64,000 bases of DNA, taken from the NCBI GenBank assembly GCA_963693365.1, contig CAVNZM010000015.1, positions 2,418,001-2,482,000 on the forward strand, read 5' to 3'. The notes under the pieces were generated by a model. The model ran no database searches, was not told the origin of the DNA, and saw nothing but the letters and a program-made list of their open reading frames with translations. The stretch is from Amoebidium appalachense (Eukaryota > Protista > Ichthyosporea). Numbering within the stretch: position 1 is the first letter of the stretch; each line of letters begins with the position of its first letter. This document shows, in pieces, positions 12,074 to 24,395 of the stretch. Both the position numbers and the translations under genes were made by a program.

Positions 12074-15000
12074 TTCTTATGCCAACGTCGTCTTTACCAG
12101 CCCCAGCAAGGGGATACATGAGCCGGTGCCTGTGGATCAATCTCACAAGCAGGCACAGGTGTGCTCCACAGGAGCAATGAAAAGAATGACAAATGTCATA
12201 CAGAAACATGCTCAAAAAACGTAGCCTAGTGCCTAAATAGGCAAAGGGTGTGGTGGGTGGGCAAAAACTTAGCTAAAAAATTGGGCCTAAAGAGACCTAA
12301 ACGCGCTCAGTAGCGCCGCAACTGACCTCCCTGGGGCCGCGTAAGCTCATTATATAGCGCGGCCCACATTTTTGCCAATGGAAATATGAAGAATTGACTT
12401 AAAACCTATCAAATCCATGAAATCTACCAAAATGGAATTTTTGCTGCACATCAACCAATGAAAAATTTTCACAAGTGGCTAAAACCCCTAGATCACAAAG
12501 ACCAAATCAATTGCCGCCCATTTCGGACTAGATATAACTCAAACTCATCAATATATCCATATGGCATATCCCACAGAACATAAAAACAGCTACAGCTCCC
12601 TAAATAAAAATGCTAGCAGCCTGAAACTTTGCACACACATCAAACACACCATGGCCTACACCATGTTACTACTACTAATTTTACAGCACACTCACAACAC
12701 ACAATTTCACTCCAACGGGGCTATCTAATTCTCATGCAAAGAAAACATGTTTACAAACTAAATATTTTTATGCCAACGTCGTCTTTACCAGCCCCAGCAA
12801 GGGGATACATGAGCCGGGGCCAGTGGATCAATCTCACAAGCAGGCACAGGTGTGCTCCACCACTCCCTACCTGGCACAGGATGGAACGAACCATGCCGTG
12901 GGTGACTGATGCAGCGCTGCAGCCCGGGCAAGGAGCGACGCAGGCACGCGAATAGAAAAAACAAGAGACTGACCGGCCTGCACATACCGGCGGAGGGAGG
13001 CATGCGATCTCCATCGACCACGCAGAGCAATCGTCTCTACTGAAACACCCCTGACGTAGTCTCTCGAGGCACCACCATGGCGAAGACTGTGAAGATGGAA
13101 CCCATACTCGTTGAGGCCGAGGGAGTCACATGCCGCTTGGAACTTGGCACGCAGAACATCATACGAGAAAGGAAACAGCCGCGCAGAAGGGGGGGCACCA
13201 CGGAACCAGAAAGTCAGGATGGCCAACAGGGACGGATCGGTGATGGGGACAAACTGATTTGGACCGGTCTTGGTGTCGGCCAGGCAGATGCCGCCTGTAC
13301 CGGGTGGCATGTCGTGAGCAACGGGGTCATCGGGCAAAATAAGATCCGCACGGGTGAGCAAAAGCAGCTCACTGACACGAAAATAACACTCAAATCCAAG
13401 CAAAACAGCAAAACCAAACAAGGGGCCAATTTTGGAATACAAATGATGGCCAATGACGAGGACCAATGAAAACGGAAGCGGGGGCGTGGTCTTTGCTGGA
13501 AAAGCCGGTTCCAGCCCTGCAGGCTCCGTTGGGCGGCCTGCAGGTGTCGACCCAGGCGTGGCATGAAATGCTTGATGCCGGCAGCTGTGTTGACACAGCG
13601 CTGACGCTGGCCACGCGATGGATCAATGGCATAACACTCCTCAAAATACTCCACCAGGAGGTCGTCCAGTTCGGCGGGGGACTTGGTGTCGGTGCCAAGG
13701 GGCAACCAATCCAGGAACTCAACAACAGCATCCCGGTAGGCCTTGAGGGTTGGGGGCTTTATGGCCTGGTCAGCCAGAAAACCGCGAGGGACCATCTGCA
13801 GGATTGTGGGCTGACGGCAGCCACACACAATACAACCGAATGTCGAGGGCAAGCGTGTAGGCAGCCACCTGGCGGCATACACGGTTAAGGTGTCGGGATG
13901 CTGAACGACCCTTAGCAACAGCCCCAAGCAGCGCCGTCGAATCAAGGCCCCAAAGGTAGCGGGAGCCCCGGGCAGCCGTAGACCGACCTAATCGACGAAG
14001 CCCCAGGAGAAAGGCTTCTCCCTCCAGAATGTTGATGTGGTCGGAGTGGCGCCAACGATGACTGATGTTGGTGGTCCACCAGCCACCAACAGCTGCCAGG
14101 ATAAGTGCCGGGGGGCGGACGGGCTTGGCTCGTGCACAGGACCAGACAGCTGGCTGTAGTGGCCACGCCGGTTGCAGTGAGGCAGCACTTGGCGGAGAAG
14201 CGTTGCTGGAAGCACCCGGGACACCACTGCACCACCCAACAAGGAAGCATCAGTGCAGAACATGGTGCTAGCAAACCCAGAACGCAAATCAAAACGCATC
14301 AAAGGGGCCAAAGCACACATCGCCTGAAAGGGCTGTTCCCGACCCCCCAGCTGCTCCACAAAACTGTAGACGGCACTCAGAACCGAGAAAAGCGGCCGCT
14401 GCAGCAGTGCAGTGCCGCCCACACCCAACCACTAAGCAACTGCTGCAAACGGAGCTGCGTGACTACACCACGACGCAACACGGCCTGGGTTTCCGCCACC
14501 AGACGGCACAAGGAAGCGCCAGACGGGCGCAATATCCCAGAGCGATGTTTTTCCAGGCCTAGCAGCACCATAGAGGACAACGAACCAGCAGCCACATCCT
14601 TCTTGACATTGGAGGGAAGACCAGCCGGGCAGGTGACGCCATGATACAATTCACGCTGACGATTGATGGCGGTGGCAGACACCCGCGCGTATAGCATCGT
14701 AGCTGGCCCTAAGGACAAAGGTCCACAGGGCATGGTGGTGACTGTTCACCAACCGGGTCGGGAATGGGCAAGGGCCGGCTGCCCACAGCTCGTTGAGGGC
14801 ACCAAGACAACGGTTAGCCAAGGTAACCCCCTTCAGGCGGTGAGACAGACGTTGCCGACGGCGTTGACTTCGTAGACGGGCTTGTCCAGAACGGTCCGGC
14901 ACAGGAATGGCCGGAACAGGAAACAAATCAGAGGCGGCAAAGACATGACGTGGCATAGCTGTGGAATCCTTATAAAATTTGGGGGGCATATTTAATCAAG

Positions 15001-16851
15001 GGCACGTGGCAGGAATCCACAAGAAAATAATATACAGAACCGCGTGCCGAACCCCCAAAGGGCCGTTTAGGCCCGGTGCCCACCGGTCCCCGGAGGGGCC
15101 GATGGACCGGCTCCGGATGGGCCACTGCCGGGACCGCGCCGAGCCCGGGTGACTTCGGCGAGGGTCTTGGCTTGACGAACAGCTCGGGTGGCCAAGGCAG
15201 GGGGCAGGGGCAGGCTGCGCGCAGGGAGCTCCTCAAACTGCTCTGCAACAGCCCAGTCCCCGTTGGACTGATCAGCAGTCTGCACAGCCAGCAGACGGCG
15301 CACACCAACTTCCACAGCAGGTGACTCCTTGCGGGCCTTAGGGTCGGCGGCCAGCAGCAGATCCAGCATACGGGCAAGCGTCAGAGCCTCCCGTTTGTTG
15401 CGGAAGCTGACCCAATCCGCCGCGTGGACAGCCGCAGTGACCGAGGCCTGGTCAGCCAAGGTGTTCTTGAGGTAGGAAGGGGCCAGACGTTCTTTGACGC
15501 GCAGGTTGACTTTGGCGCCGCTGGAGAGCAGATAACGGCTGGGGTTGGGTTTGGAACGGCCAGAGGAACGACGGCTGTCAGAGGAACGACCGTAGCCACT
15601 GCTGCTGGAATCAGAATCCTCACTCGACGATGGGGTGTCTTCACTGCCGGTGTCGTACGCATAGACAGGCTCCTTGCCCTTTGCCCGCACAGACAGCGTG
15701 CTCAGCAGGCCGCCGGCAGAGGGCTTCTTGGGGCGACCAGACTGGGCAACAGAGAGGGCTTGCACTTGGGCAGAAATCGCCTGCAGCTGCTCTTGGCGTC
15801 TACACCGTCAGAACGCCGCTGGGGATAGGGCGACCCAGGTGGGGGGGAGGCACGGCCGCTGCGAGGAGTGCGACAGAGCAAGTGCAGCTGGTCGGTGACT
15901 TTCCAACCAACCATCTCAGGGTCATCAAAAGCTACCGAGCGCGCCTTGAGGGCTGAAACCACACTGTTGACGGTTTCTGCCGGCAGGCTGTTCCAGGGGA
16001 GGGCGTTGGACTGCAAAACGGCCAGACTTTTGAGACTTGCGTCGTCCGCATCGGTAGAGATCTCCAAAACCTTTCGAGGAGAGCGGCCCCCTTGGCGACC
16101 AGAGCAGGAGGAGGGGCCATGGCAATGCTCACAAATTAGACTAGAGCACGGAAACTTGAAAACGAAGACTAGAAAATGCAAAAACGCGGGAAAACCGACA
16201 CCGCAAAAAACGTCCAAAAACCAGCTAAAACGCAACGGCGCGCACGCAAAACTCTTACGAGATGCTGCCGAAGCTAAGCGCGCGCTCCTGGGCAAAAAAA
16301 AAAAAGAGAAAAAACGAACAAGAGCGCGAAAAACGGGGACTAGAGTTGCAAAAACTTAGCTAAAAAATTGGGCCTAAAGAGACCTAAACGCGCTCAGTAG
16401 CGCCGCAACTGACCTCCCTGGGCCGCGCAAGCTTATTATATAGCGCGGCCCACATTTTTGCCTATGGAAATATGAAGAAATGACTTAAAACCTATCAAAT
16501 CCATGAAATCTACCAAAATGGAATTTTTGCTGCACATCAACCAATGAAAATTTTTCACAAGTGGCTAAAACTCCTAGATCACAATGACCAAATCAATTGC
16601 CGCCCATTTCGGACTAGATATAACTCAAACTCATCAATATATCCATATGGCATATCCCACAGAACATAAAAACAGCTACAGCTCCCTAAATAAAAATGCT
16701 AGCAGCCTGAAACTTTGCACACACACCAAACACACCAAGGCCTACACCATGCTACTACTACGAAATTTACAGCACACTCGCAACACACAATTTCACTCCA
16801 ACGGGCTATCTAATTCTCTTGCAAAGAAAACACGTTTACAAACTAAATATT
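12074..16851 (-). mobile_element. YR retrotransposon copy with both termini intact and an ~0.8-kb internal deletion of the RT core
   Basis: B2-spacer-A2-B1 at 12074-12860, YR (ORF 12867..13466 with HSLRHGG, GRW, RRY), RNaseH, deletion junction at ~14676, gag, A1 ending at 16851. Confidence 0.95.
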
Positions 16852-17453
16852 TTAAAGAACGTAGGGGTTCTCTGGGGACCAAAAATGACCCACCCGCAGC
16901 TCGCGTCGACCCGGTTGATGCACAAAACGCGAGTGCACAAGAAACAGACACCACAGCCCCACTATCTATATATCCGGATGCAACCACCAACCCCACCAGC
17001 TCACCAACCCGAGGCTCACCCCCTAAAAAACCACGTATGCCACGCACACACCCAGATGAAAGCACAATCGAAGAGGGGCCCAAGTTTTCTAACGCTGGTC
17101 TTGATGGGAAATCGAAATAGCCCATGTACATACTCCAACACGTAGACAATTTCATACAGACCATTTGTGACAACATGCTTTGTAAACAAACATTGTCAAA
17201 AACCATACACAAGCACCAGGCTTGACTCCCAGCGTCGCACTTTTTTCTTTTGGTGTGGCTGTCCTGAGCGTGTATTGAAGTCGTGTACCACATTCACTTT
17301 GGACGACAATCGCAGTCTAGACATCAATCCCCGTCTGGTTTTGGGGACTATATACACAGGTGTGTCCCCCCGCCCCCTCCCTCTCCCCTTCAAAAACACA
17401 TACACACACACACACCACCATCTCAAAACCACCACCAACACACACACACATGT

Positions 17454-17524
<71 letters not shown>

Positions 17525-19176
17525 CACACGCGCACACACCACCCACAGCCTGAGGGGTTCCACGAATTTTTTTTTTTTTTTTTTTTTACGTAAAGCTATA
17601 ACCCCCCCCCCCTCCCCCTTCACCCATCATACACACGCTTACACATACCTACACACATTGGCATCAGAGTGCGTTGCACACACACTTATACCGTGCCTTG
17701 ATTCTACTCTCTTTATCTTTGTGTGGCTATCTCCATCATACACACGCTTACACACACTTTGTGTTTGCAATGTGTTTACCCCCCCCCCCCCCCCATCATA
17801 CACACGCTTACAAATACCTACACACACCGGCATCAGAGTGCGTAGAGTACACACCAACATGCTCTAAGCGCGCAACTCCATTGAGGGAATCTACAATCCC
17901 AAAAATGGCCGAGACAACAATCCACGCACGCATCGGGTCTATGGCAGCGACCATGCAAAACAATCAACCACGCAAGCACCTGCGCAGCACAATTAGAGGT
18001 TGCCACCTTCAGATCACCCCACACATGGAAAACCAAATACGCCGGTGTGTGGTAGACCAGGACCGCAGTCGCGTCTTCAGGAGAACGGAGAAAGGGGAGG
18101 GAAATGAACAGGAAACACAAGTCGAGGACGATGAAGGAAACGGTTAAAGCGCGGAACGATAACAGCTATGGCATGCCCAAGAAACACGTGGAGGAGGGGG
18201 GCAAGGGAGATAATCTGGGGGCGTGGAGGGAAAAGGGAAAGGAAAGAGGAGACACAAAAACAAAGAAACGGAGCAGGAGGGTGGGGCAGATGCAGATGAC
18301 GAAGATGAGGAGGGTGGGAAGAAACAGAAGAGACGAGGACAGAAGGACCTATCGGAGGTGTACGCAAAGAACAGTGTGGAAAGTGCCGGAGGTTCATGCT
18401 GGCGACAAGCATGGCTGGCCATGCAAAATGTAGTAGGTGTGCATCTGTTCCCTTTGTAAAGGAGTAGGTGGGGTGGGAGAGGAGACAACTACACGTACAG
18501 AGAGGCCAGAATGAAAATATGTATGTATATGTATGAATGATTATACGTATGTATTTGAGAAAGTGTATGTTGTTTTAGGGAATGTGCATGATGAGGTTTG
18601 AGGTTAGGAAAGATGAGTAGTTGCTACAGACAGACAGTTAGTGCAAAGAAACAACTACCGACTACGTCACAGCACACACGGAACACACACACACACGCGT
18701 TCACACACACACACACCCACACACACACACTCACACAACACGGACATGGGAGAGTCACAACTAAACGATGAACGCTGTATGTCTGTGTGTGTGTGGAGGA
18801 TAGGCGGGATGGAGGGGAGGGGGGGTGGCTAGGGGGGGGGGGGGGTTTAAAGGCAAAGGTCTATAGGAAAGCAATGCGGTATGAAGGTCGGATCGGTATG
18901 TACATATTGCAGGAATGACAAGCGCGAATGAGTAAATACCGACCCAAACAACATGTTGCAGTAGAGGGCAACATGGAGAGAACGGAACCATGTGCTCAGA
19001 GCATGTGTACAAGCCAATGTGCGTTAGTGCTTGCGAAAGTTTAGTGTGTAGCTTTACGTGTGCAGAGCAAACGGATTCACACCTTTAATGCACTGCTCTG
19101 GGTCGAGGAGACCTCGTTTATTTGGTAACCCAGGGCCGTTTGTCAATAGCTGCATGTATCGGTAGACATGCCTGCC

Positions 19177-19526
19177 TTAGTTGGGCTGAAAAACCACGTA
19201 GGCCTCTCCAGATGGCTCGGGGAACCACTCAGCTGAGAGACGCTCCGTACATGCGAGACGGACACGGTTACTCTTGGGTAGACCCTTGTGACCTTGACCT
19301 CGATGCTTGCAACGCGGTACAACACCACGCCTGTTTTTAGGGACGAGACCACCAACAGGCATACCATTCAGATTTAAGTAGTGACGGTACTTGTTATAAA
19401 AAAAACTTCATCGCCTAGTGCAGCTATATCTCGCACCTCTTGAAGGAGTGAGTGTTCGCACGCACATAACAGCTCGGGCATCCCTTCACAGTCAGGGCAA
19501 ACGGCGAACTCGTCGTTGTCACTCAT
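19177..19526 (-). pseudogene. Degenerate small Cys-containing ORF resembling the P2X7 ballast / Kolobok KolX-like domain
   Basis: MSDNDEFAVCPDCEGMPELLC..., frameshift, NKYRHY..., GLPKSNRVRLAC...WFPEPSGEAYVVF; resembles the recalled consensus GxGNRxxLPxC...FPxxxGxYxGF; motif recall only. Confidence 0.4.
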
Positions 19527-19561
19527 ATTTACTTAGTATGTGTGCGTTTGAACAACAAAGA

Positions 19562-20068
19562 AATATTTAGTTTGTAAACGTGTTTTCTTTGCAGGAGAAT
19601 TAGATAGCCCCGTTGGAGTGAAATTGTGTGTTGCGAGTGTGCTGTAAATTTCGTAGTAGTAGCATGGTGTAGGCCTTGGTGTGTTTGGTGTGTGTGCAAA
19701 GTTTCAGGCTGCTAGCATTTTTATTTAGGGAGCTGTAGCTGTTTTTATGTTCTGTGGGATATGCCATATGGATATATTGATGAGTTTGAGTTATATCTAG
19801 TCCGAAATGGGCGGCAATCGATTTGGTCTTTGTGATCTAGGGGTTTTAGCCACTTGTGAAAATTTTTCATTGGTTGATGTGCAGCAAAAATTCCATTTTG
19901 GTAGATTTCATGGATTTGATAGGTTCTAAGTCATTTCTTCATATTTCCATAGGCAAAAATGTGGGCCGCGCTATACAATGAGCTTGCGCGGCCCCAGGGA
20001 GGTCAGTTGCGGCGCTACTGAGCGCGTTTAGGTCTCTTTAGGCCCAATTTTTTTAGCTAAGTTTTTGC
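19562..20068 (+). repeat. Split direct repeat A1 (~505 bp)
   Basis: Nearly identical to 24490-24995. Confidence 0.95.
19972..20008 (+). promoter_or_regulatory. Putative Pol II promoter in repeat A: TATA-like box + TCAGTT initiator (+1 near 20005)
   Basis: TATACAA here (TATATAA in other copies) 33 nt upstream of the A in TCAGTT; similar TATA-TCAGT arrangement in the mini-element A'. Confidence 0.6.
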
Positions 20069-20293
20069 AACTCTAGCCCCGTTTTTCGCGCTGTTGTTCG
20101 TTTTTTCTCTAGTTTTTTTTGCCCAGGAGCGCGCGCTTAGGTTCGGCAGCATCTGGTAAGAGTTTTGCGTGCGCGCCGTTGCGTTTTAGCTGGTTTTCGG
20201 AAGTTTTTTGCGGTGTCATTTTTCCCGCGTTTTTGCATTTTCCAGTCTTCGTTTTCAAGTTTTCGTGCTCTAGTCTGGTTTGTGAGCATTGCA

Positions 20294-21348
20294 ATGGCCC
20301 CTCCATCTGCTCTGGTCGCCAAGGGGGCCGCTCTCCTCGAAAAGTTTTGGAGATCTCTACCGATGCGGACGACGCAAGTCTCAAAAGTCTGGCCGTTTTG
20401 CAGTCCAACGCCCTCCCCTGGAACAGCCTGCCAGCAGAAACCGTCAACAGTGTGGTTTCAGCCCTCAAGGCGCGCTCGGTGGCTTTTGATGACCCTGAGA
20501 TGGTCGGTTGGAAAGTCACCGACCAGCTGCACTTGCTCTGTCGCACTCCTCGCAGCGGCTGTGCCTCCCCCCCACCTGGGTCGCCCTCTCCCCAGCGGCG
20601 TTCTGACGGTGTAGACTTCCAAGAGCAGCTGCAGGCGCTTTCTGCCCAAGTGCAAGCCCTCCCTGTTGCCCAGTCTGGTCGCCCCAAGAAGCCTTCTGCC
20701 GGCGGCCTGCTGAGCACGCTGTCTGCGCGGGCAAAGGGCAAGGAGCCTGTCTATGTGTACGACACCGGCAGTGAAGACACCCCATCGTCGAGTGAGGATT
20801 CTTCTTCCAGCAGCAGTGGCTACGGTCGTTCCTCTCGCAGCCGTCGTTCCTCTGGCCGTTCCAAACCCAACCCCAGTCGTTATCTGCTCTCCAGCGGCGC
20901 CAAAGTCAACCTGCGCGTCAAAGAACGTCTGGCCCCTTCCTACCTCAAGAGCACTTTGGCTGACCAGGCCTCGGTCACTGCGGCTGTCCACGCGGCGGAT
21001 TGGGTCAGCTACCGCAACAAACGGGAGGCTCTGACGCTTGCCCGTATGCTGGATCTGCTGCTGGCCGCCGACCCTAAGGCCCGCAAGGAGTCACCTGCTG
21101 TGGAAGTTGGTGTGCGCCGTCTGCTGGCTGTGCAGACTGCTGATCAGTCCAACGGGGACTGGGCTGTTGCAGAGCAGTTTGAGGAGCTCCCTGCGCGCAG
21201 CCTGCCCCTGCCCCCTGCCTTGGCCACCCGGGCTGTTCGTCAAGCCAAGACCCTCGCCGAAGTCACCCGGGCTCGGCGCGGTCCCGGCAGTGGCCCATCC
21301 GGGGCCGGTCCATCGACCCCTCCACGGACCGGTGGGCACAGGGCCTAA
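20294..21348 (+). CDS. gag: Gag-like ORF1 (1-nt frameshift near 20344 relative to the ATG at 20294)
   Basis: First ORF position; short coiled coil, Ser/Arg-rich linker, helical C-terminal domain; the copy at 29213..29755 reads MAPPPALVAKGAALLEKLLEISTD in one frame. Confidence 0.7.
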
Positions 21349-21457
21349 ACGGCCCTTTGGGGGTTCGGCACGCGGTTCTGTATATTATTTTCTTGTGGTT
21401 TCCTGCCACGTGCCCTTGATTCAATATGCCCCCTAATTTTCTCAGGATTCCACAGCT

Positions 21458-23478
21458 ATGCCACGTTATGTCTTTGCCGCCTCTGATTTGTTTCCTGTTC
21501 CGGCCATTCCTGTGCCGGACCGTTCTGGACAAGCCCGTCTACGGAGTCAACGCCGTCGGCAACGTCTGTCTCACCGGCTGAAGGGGGTTACCTTGGCTAA
21601 CCGTTGTCTTGGTGCCCTCAACGAGCTGTGGGCAGGCGGCCCTTGCCCATTCCCGACCCGGTTGGTGAACAGTCACCACTATGCCCTGTGGACCTTTGTC
21701 CTTAGGGCCAGCTACGATGCTATACGCGCGGGTGTCTACGACGCTCAGCCTGCGAGTAGTGTCTTGGCTGCGTTCCCCGCGGCCTACCCTGTATTGGCAG
21801 GATGGCTACCTCTCACGGCTAAAAATGCCGCTTTGCCACCCCCTGGGATTGGAGCCACAGTGGACGTGTTGCAGTTTTTGTCTCCTACACTGCAGCCGTT
21901 TTTGGCCAACTGCGACGGCGGCCTTCTCAAGCCTGTTCCGCCGACGCCTGCAGAGCTGCGCCGCATCCGACCGGCGCATCACGTTCCCAGTGGGGAATAC
22001 GGTCCCCTGCTTCTTCGGCTTCAAGACTGCGGCATGGTGCACTATTTCGAGGCGGAGGAAAAACCACTGGCCATCAATGGGCTGTTTGGGGTCCCCAAAG
22101 ACACCAGAGTCCGCGTCATTTTTGACGGCCGCCGTGGCAACCTGTTCTTTGCCCGTGATCATCCTGCCCTCAAGGTGCACCTGCCCAACCCTGCCGATTT
22201 TGCCGATCTGTTGCTGGGGCCTGAGGATTGCCTCTTTTTTGGCAAGTCAGACATGGACAACCAGTTCCATCGTCTTCTTGCCCCCGAGTGGCTGTGGCGG
22301 TACTTCGGATTGCCGCCTGTGTCTTCGAAGGCTGTTGGCATTTCTGGGCCCGACCGGCTTGTGTACCCGGCCCTCAAGACCGTGCCCATGGGCTGGGTGC
22401 ATTCTGTGCTTGTGGCTCAAGACGTCCATGGGCAGTTGGCTGACCGAGCCGGCATGCCCCGCATTGAGCGCCTCTGTGCTATAGTGCCGCGGCCTGTGGA
22501 GGCCACGCAGCATGCCCTGTATGTGGACGACTGTGGCTGGGTCGGCACAGATGCCACCGCCATCAATCGTCAGCGTGAATCGTATCATGGCGTCATCGGC
22601 CCGGCTGGTCTTCCCCCCAATGTCAAGATGGATGTGGCTGCTGGTTCGTCGTCCTCTATGGTGCTGCTAGGCCTGGAAATGCATCGCTCTGGGATATTGC
22701 GCCCGTCTGGCGCTTCCTTGTGCCGTCTGGTGGCGGAAACCCAGGCCGTGTTGCGTCGTGGTGTCGTCACGCAGCTCCGTTTGCAGCAGTTGCTTGGTGG
22801 TTGGGTGTGGGCGGCACTGCTGCAGCGGCCGCTTTTGTCGGTTCTGAGTGCCGTCTACAGTTTTGTGGAGCAGCTGGGGGGTCGGGAACAGCCCCTTTCC
22901 CCGCCCGTGGTGTGGGAGCTTCAGGCGATGTGTGCTTTGGCCCCTTTGATGCGTTGTGATTTGCGTTCTGGGTTTGCTAGCACCATGTTCTGCACTGATG
23001 CTTCCTTGTTGGGTGGTGCAGTGGTGTCCCGGGTGCTTCCAGCAACGCTTCTCCGCCAAGTGCTGCCTCACTGCAACCGGCGTGGCCACTACAGCCAGCT
23101 GTCTGGTCCTGTGCACGAGCCAAGCCCGTCCGCCCCCCGGCACTTATCCTGGCAGCTGTTGGTGGCTGGTGGACCACCAACATCAGTGATCGTTGGCGCC
23201 ACTCCGACCACATCAACATTCTGGAGGGAGAAGCCTTGCTCCTGGGGCTTCGTCGATTAGGTCGGTCTACGGCTGCCCGGGGCTCCCGCTACCTTTGGGG
23301 CCTTGATTCGACGGCGCTGCTTGGGGCTGTTGCTAAGGGTCGTTCGGCATCCCGACACCTTAACCGTGTATGCCACCAGGTGGCTGCCTACACGCTTGCC
23401 CTCGACATTCGTTTGTATTGTGTGTGGCTGCCGTCAGCCCACAATCCTGCAGATGGTCCCTCGCGGTTTTCTGGCTGA
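21458..23478 (+). CDS. Reverse transcriptase / RNase H (1-nt frameshift in the C-run at ~23133)
   Basis: LFGVPK, RVIFDGR, KSDMDNQF, VPMGW, YVDD, LLG; RNaseH motifs CTDAS, HINILEGEA, LDS, NPADGPSR typical of DIRS-order RT/RH. Confidence 0.95.
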
Positions 23479-24389
23479 CCAGGCCATAAAGCCCCCAACC
23501 CTCAAGGCCTACCGGGATGCTGTTGTTGAGTTCCTGGATTGGTTGCCCCCTGGCACCGACACCAAGTCCCCCGCCAAACTGGACGACCTCCTGGTGGAGT
23601 ATTTTGAGGAGTGTTATGCCATTGATCCATCGCGTGGCCAGCGTCACTGGCAGCGCTGTCAACACAGCTGCCGGCATCAAGCATTTCATGCCACGCTTGG
23701 GTCCACACCTGCAGGCCGCCCAACGGAGCCTGCAGGGCTGGAACCGGCTTGTTCCAGCAAAGACCACGCCCCCGCTTCCGTTTTCATTGGTCCTCGTCAT
23801 TGGCCATCATTTGTATTCCAAAATTGACCCCTTGTTTGGAATTGCTGTTTTGCTTGGATTTGAGTGTTATTTTCGTGCCAGTAGTGAGCTGCTTATGCTC
23901 ACTCGTGCGGATCTTATTTTGCCCGACGACCCCGTTCCCCACGACATGCCACCGGGTACAGGCGGCATCCGGCTGGCCGACACCAAGACCGGTCCAAATC
24001 AGTTTGTCCCCATCACCGACCCGTCCCTGTTGGCCATCCTGTCTTTCTGGTTCCGTGGTGCCCCCCCTTCTGCGCGGCTGTTTCCTTTCTCGTATGATGT
24101 TCTGCGTGCCAAGTTCCAAGCAGCATGTGACTCCCTCGGCCTCAACGAGTATGGGTTCCATCTTCACAGTCTTCGCCATGGCGGTGCCTCGAGAGACTAC
24201 GTCAGGGGTGTTTCAGTAGAGACGATTGCTCTGCGTGGTCGGTGGAGATCGCATGCCTCCCTCCGCCGGTATGTGCAGGCCGGCCAGTCTCTTGTTCTTT
24301 CTATTCGCGTGCCTGCGTCGCTCCTTGCCCGGGCTGCAGCGCTGCGTCAGTCACCCACGGCATGGTTCGTTCCTTCCCGTGCCAGGTAG
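23453..24389 (+). CDS. Tyrosine recombinase (frameshift near 23645-23660)
   Basis: Catalytic set R (CYFR), K (DTKT), HxxR (HSLRHGG), W (GRW), Y (RRY); N-terminal TLKAY core-binding helix; start overlaps the RNaseH end. Confidence 0.94.
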
Positions 24390-24395
24390 GGAGTG

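Noticed and set aside
19775-19812. TTGATGAG...CGAAA in repeat A resembling a hammerhead ribozyme core
   Set aside because: The core lacks the initial C and stem II cannot pair; no convincing stems I/III.
20119-20293. N-terminal extension of the 409-aa gag ORF
   Set aside because: Starts at TTG in a T-rich leader; another copy shows an ATG-initiated frame from the position equivalent to 20294.
23453-24389. Phage or integron integrase / prophage interpretation
   Set aside because: The recombinase overlaps a DIRS-type RT/RNaseH and is bounded by split direct repeats.
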